DNA of 64,000 nucleotides. It comes from the human T2T-CHM13v2.0 reference genome, Homo sapiens. The translations under genes and the position numbers were made by a program. The stretch lies in the NCBI RefSeq assembly GCF_009914755.1, contig NC_060934.1. One strand, written 5' to 3'. The notes beneath the pieces were generated by a model. It did not search any database. It had not been told where the DNA came from and worked only from the letters and a program-made list of their open reading frames with translations. Below, in pieces: positions 54,347 through 64,000 of this stretch. The first letter of the stretch is position 1. Each line of letters opens with the position of its first letter.

Positions 54347-54980
54347 TGAGTAGCTGGGATTACAGGCACCGGCCACCACATCAAGCTAATTTTTATATTT
54401 TTAGTAAAGATGGGGTTTTGCCATGGTTTCACCATGTTGGCCAGGCTGGTCTCAAACTCCTGACCGCAGGTGATCCCAAAGTGCTGGGATTACAGGTATG
54501 AGCCTCCCAAAGTGCTGGGATTACAGGCATGAGCCACTGTCCCCAGCAGGATTATCTTACTATATTGTGCCACAGAATATTTTATTAGCGTTTGATTGGA
54601 ATTACATAGAATTATAAATTTGGTATTTGTGACTTTCTGCTGGAAATCATGATACCATGAACATTCTGATGTTTGCGTTTATGATAATTTTCATGGGAGC
54701 TAAATTTCAAGAAGTAGAATTTTGGGTCAGAGGATATGATCATTTAAAAGCAACATTGTTTGATCAGATTGGCAGATACTTAAAGATGGGTGGACAGGAG
54801 CCATTGCTGGCAAAGGTTTGGGTAAGGGGCACTTGAGTATGCTGCTAGTGACAGGGAATTCTACGCATTTGTGCATAGAATCTGGGAATGACTATTAAGA
54901 TTTATTTATTCCCTCTCTAGGTAAAATCCCTCTCTAGGTATATAAATAAATAATAAATAATAAATAAATAATCAGTTTCA

Positions 54981-55611
<631 letters not shown>

Positions 55612-56975
55612 GCAGGAAGGGTAGGAGAGCTCTAAATATATGCACGTGTTAGCTTATATTTGTGTTCAGAGCCTCAGGAAATGAGCATACACACCAGGCT
55701 TAAATTGGGTATTCCAAGGATCAGGTTGGGGATAGGGAGGGAACTATTTTAAAATACATCTCTTTTCCATGTGCCTTTATATTGACTTAAAATTTTAAAA
55801 ATTGAGATAGAATTCACATACCATAAAATTCAGTCCTTTAAAAAGTATACAATTTGGTGGTTTTTACTGTACTCAAAGTTTTATAATCACGGCCACTGTC
55901 TAATGCCAGAAGATTTTCATCAGTTCATTTATATTGACTTCTTATTTCTTTCTTTGTAAAAAATTTTAATTTCATTTCATTTTATTTTTGAGATAGAGTC
56001 TCACTTTTTCACCCAAGCTGCAGTGCAGTGGTGCAATCAGGGCTCACTGCAGCCTTTACCTCCCAAGCTCAAGAGTTCCTCCTGACTAAGCCCCACAAGT
56101 AGCTGGAATTACAGGTGCACACCACCATACCTGGCTAATTTTTGTATTTTTTGTAGAGATGAGGTCTCACTATGTTGCCCAGGCTGATCTTGAACTCCTG
56201 AGCTCAAGTGATCCCCTTGCCTCGGTCTCAGAGAGTGCTGGCCTTACAGGCGTGAGCCACCGCACCTGGCCTATATTGACTTTTTATAACAAGCATGTTG
56301 TACTTCGGTAGTTTTTAAAACATAAAAATGATTTTAAAAACCAAGAATCACAGTGATTTGGCAGAGCAGTGGGTCTTTTCTGGAAAAGAGAGTCTTGCCT
56401 ACCCATGCTGTCAGGGTTAGTCAAATGCCCAGGCTTTCTGGCAAGTCAGTGGTAGATTTTTCTCTCTGCTTTCATACAAATGGGATAATAAAAATTTATC
56501 AGCCATTTTAAGCAACTGAATGAAAATAAGTTTTGCCTTTACCATTTTCCTTGTTCAAAATCCTGAAGTTCTAGTTTCCTAGTTGATAAATTACATCAGT
56601 TGACATTCTCCATAAGCTGGGGTCAGAATACTGTATCATTGCCCATCAACATTATTAGGTTAAATGAAAAGGTGTGAAAACTGATATCTTACTGTTTTTG
56701 CAACTCTTGGTTTACAACGAGGTTAAAGTTTCATCATGTTTCCTAGTCATTTGTATTTAAATTTTTTTTTTTTTTTTTTTTGGTGAATGGACTATTCTTT
56801 GCTGTTAGTCCATGACCCACTGTTACGGACACCCACCTGGTAGTGGTCTCAGCCCTTTGCTGAATAACCATTTCCTTCCGCATCTTTGTCCTTAGTTACT
56901 GTGTGAATTCTTATATTGTGATTTATTTCCAATGACGTGTTGACCTTTTAACATTGAGTTTGCTTCCATATTTAG

Positions 56976-57038
56976 CGTGTATATGATGAAGAAGTGGAGG
57001 AGCCAGTACTCAAGGCTGAGGCAGAAAAAACAGAGCAG
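56976..57038 (+). CDS. WASHC2C: WASHC2C exon 4
   Basis: RVYDEEVEEPVLKAEAEKTEQ, 63 nt, AG/GT. Confidence 0.92.
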
Positions 57039-57560
57039 GTACTTGTATAAAATCACTCTTAGCTGAGTTTCTGACTTTGAAAAGTGTGGTGGAGATCGAT
57101 GTGTTATGTGGGAACTGGGGGATGGTGGGTGGGGTTGGGAAAGGGAGGGACTGCTCCTGACAGCAGCCCAAGAGGGGATTCTTTCCTTTGTTTCTGAAAT
57201 GTAGTATATTAACTAATACAGAGATCAAATCCTTGAATTCTGATATAAGAATAGAGTAGAAGTCAGCAAACTTCTTTTGTAAAGGGCCAGATAGTACATA
57301 TTACAGATTTGGAGGGTCACAGAGGTCATTTTTTTCCTGTGGCTTCCTGAGTTACAGATGGACCAGCCTTCTTCCTGAGATCTTCTCACACCAGAGCCCA
57401 AAACATAGCTAAGAGGTTCTGGGTCACACTGACTTCTTAGCACTCCAGCAGAGATTTCTTTTTCTTCCACTCAGGAAGGCACATGGACTGTGAATAAGTT
57501 TATTATTGGAGTAGCTTTGATTTTGTTCTCATTTATTCAGAAAATATGGATCACCTGTAA

Positions 57561-58042
<482 letters not shown>

Positions 58043-59065
58043 TAAGTGCAGTAGTATCTGGTTATACCAATTCAGGGTTTAATTTGAAGGTGATAGGTAT
58101 TTAGTGTACTATTTTTAAAAACTGCTATATATTTCATACACATTTTCACAAACTCAGTACAATATTAGCTATTTAACTCAGAATCAAGCATATCCAAATA
58201 GAAAAATACACAACCAAGACAAAAAAGTTCAGTTAGAAAGACTTCAGTACTTGAGATAAAAGACTAAAATGCTCGTAGGGTTTTTTTTTTTTTTTGCCTT
58301 TGGCCCTCAGAACAACACTGTGTGGTTTGGTTCCTTCTAGAATATTTGTAGAGGGGGAAATGACACTAAATATTTTTCGGTATTTCTCACAATGGCACAC
58401 TTGTGTCTGCGGGGACTGCCATTGAGAACTGCTGTTGCAGGAAGAAGACACCTGAGGGAGATTCTCAGCCTGTTGGTGATATGAACAAACCTTTTTTCTT
58501 GAATGGGGCATTGTTGTAGGGTATACACAGAATAGACCGGAGATGAAAATGACCCCCTTTTGATGTAGAACAGATTTATAAAATAATTGTAATTGTCCAG
58601 TTTTTTTTTTTTTTGTCTCTTTAAACTGTAATTGAAAAATGAGACCTCTGTGACCTTCCTTCTAAGTCTTAACACCTAAAATTACCCAAGGGATAACCAG
58701 GGCTCGTGGGATAGTCATGGTGAGTCTGAGAGTCTAGGCCCTCCAGCAGTGGGGAAACAGCATGCATTCATTGTTGGGATACTTCTCCACACACTAGTTG
58801 TACCTCTGCTTTTGTAGACGATGACCCTTGAGCTCTGGAACCTTAGGTAGTTTGATGCATGTCCAGAAAGGGGCAAACTTGGGATTTAAAACTTGCAGTC
58901 TTACTCCAAAGTCTGTGTCAAGGCATTCAGCAGAATTTGACTTTTTTAACATTTTTAATAAGTTTTTTTGGAGCTTGAGGCTAGGCTTTAGAGAACATTC
59001 ACAGTATTCTTTTGGGGCAGTATCAGTATATTGGAGACCCATACTGCATGGTATTTATTTTGTAG

Positions 59066-59239
59066 GAGAAGACACGAGAGCAGAAAGAAGTAGATCTCAT
59101 TCCTAAAGTCCAGGAGGCTGTGAACTATGGCTTACAAGTATTGGACAGTGCCTTTGAGCAACTTGATATCAAAGCAGGAAACTCAGACTCCGAGGAAGAT
59201 GATGCTAATGGGCGGGTGGAACTGATCCTTGAACCAAAG
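59066..59239 (+). CDS. WASHC2C: WASHC2C exon 5
   Basis: [58 protein letters not shown], 174 nt, AG/GT. Confidence 0.93.
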
Positions 59240-59881
59240 GTGAAGACATTCAACTTAAATATTTATTGCACAACTATTATGTTTGGGCTACTTTAATTGG
59301 GCACACGATTAGTAAGTCATGGACTTAACCTCTGGGAAGTGAGTATGTCACTTAGTAGTCTCACATTGACTCCACCAGAAAGACTCGCTTTACCTGAGCA
59401 CTGATGGAGTACTTGTGAGGTGCAAGGCAACATGTCAAGTTGGGGTGCAAAGATGCAGAGCATGGCCTCTACTCTCGAGGTGTGTGTTGCAGTCTGGTGG
59501 GAGAGAGGAGACATACATACGAATAACCATTGTAAATGCCCTGAGAGAGAATTGATTTCCAGCTGGAATTTTGGGGCAAAGATGATATTTGAATTGGGGT
59601 TTGAAGGGTGGGGAGGCTCAAAAGAGACAGAGAGTGTTGGGAACCTGAAATTATGTAGCTTGGGCTAAGGAAGACTGCAGAAGAACTGAAAGGCATTTGG
59701 GTTGTTTCCAGTTTGGGCAATTATTAAATACAAATGAAGCTGCTGTGAGCATTCATGTCCAGGCTCCCTCATAGCCTAGTGAGTGTTGGTTGCTTGACAC
59801 ACTTTCTCCCACATTGTTCAAAGAGACAATTGGGGTGACACAGAGTCTCTCGGTAGTGAACACAGAAAGTTACCACAGTGA

Positions 59882-63294
<3,413 letters not shown>

Positions 63295-63813
63295 TCTGTG
63301 TGTGTTTTCTAAGAACAAGGACATCTCTTGTATAATCACAGTAGAATTACAAAGCCAGGATATTTTCCTGGACATAAGGGTATTATCCAATCTGCTGCTA
63401 TGTTCACATTTTGCCGTTTGTCCCAGTGACACCCTTTACAGTCTCTCTCTTTTGTTCTGTGGTCCGGGACTCAATCCAGGACCAGCCACCACATTTGGTT
63501 GTCAAATCTTCAGTTATCTTTTAATCTGATGCCATTTCTCAGCCTTTCTTTGCTTTTTATGACCCTGACATCTTTAAAGAGTACAAGCAAGTTTTTTTTT
63601 TATTTGTAATGAATAATTTTTGGGGGGAGAGATACTTCAAGACTACATAAATATGTAATTCCTCACCATAATGACACTTTCAATTCCAGTAAGTGGGTAT
63701 AGATGGTTTTATCAAGATCTCTGTGATGCTGTTGTATGGTGGTTTGTGATTTTGAGCTAAGGACATTTTCTTGTGAATATTGGTGTGGTGACCCTTATCT
63801 CTCTTCTCAACAG

Positions 63814-63875
63814 AAGGCTCTGTAGGCAGTGATCGTGGCAGTATTGTGGACACTGAGGAAGAGAAAGAAGAGGAG
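63814..63875 (+). CDS. WASHC2C: WASHC2C exon 7 (gene continues beyond window)
   Basis: (E)GSVGSDRGSIVDTEEEKEEE, 62 nt, cag| and |gtaagg. Confidence 0.92.
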
Positions 63876-64000
63876 GTAAGGGCTGTTTGGTATGACCAGG
63901 TCACGGTGGGCAGCAAGCTTAATTTAAGATGGGCCTAGCAGGCTAAGTAAATAGCATAACTGTGAATTCGTAATCTGCTTCCATAAAGCTTTTAACAGTG

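Noticed and set aside
54405-54540. Repeated cccaaagtgctgggattacagg and other short direct duplications (also ~1107-1152, ~34296-34326, ~54909-54940)
   Set aside because: Two-copy slippage events; no spacer structure, not a CRISPR-like or functional array

Overview
Alu-rich primate (almost certainly human) genomic DNA from a segmental-duplication region; from recall of the encoded proteins and gene order it matches chr10q11.2, AGAP10P - FAM21FP - WASHC2C (FAM21C). Left (764-19222, +): the 3' six exons of an AGAP4-family (CTGLF/centaurin-gamma-like) gene. Its large last exon is an open PH-ArfGAP-ankyrin frame, but an upstream exon has a 1-nt deletion and a premature TGA. Middle (25421-41426, -): an inverted, disabled partial copy of WASHC2/FAM21 exons 9-19. 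Next come a processed RAMAC (FAM103A1) retrocopy with a 106-codon ORF (43733-45229, -) and a CpG-island promoter with tandem CLEAR/E-boxes (~45800-46800). Right (46305-63875, +): intact coding exons 1-7 of WASHC2C, which continues past the window. About 50 Alus, a twin-primed L1PB, LTRs and DNA transposons (including a MER85) fill the rest. I see no wholly new gene system. The best leads are testable hypotheses: AUGA re-initiation in the AGAP 'pseudogene', a possibly expressed truncated RAMAC retrocopy, the CLEAR-box bidirectional promoter, and an inversion-prone inverted WASHC2 duplication. Paralog names and reference-protein comparisons come from memory, not database searches; repeat boundaries are approximate.
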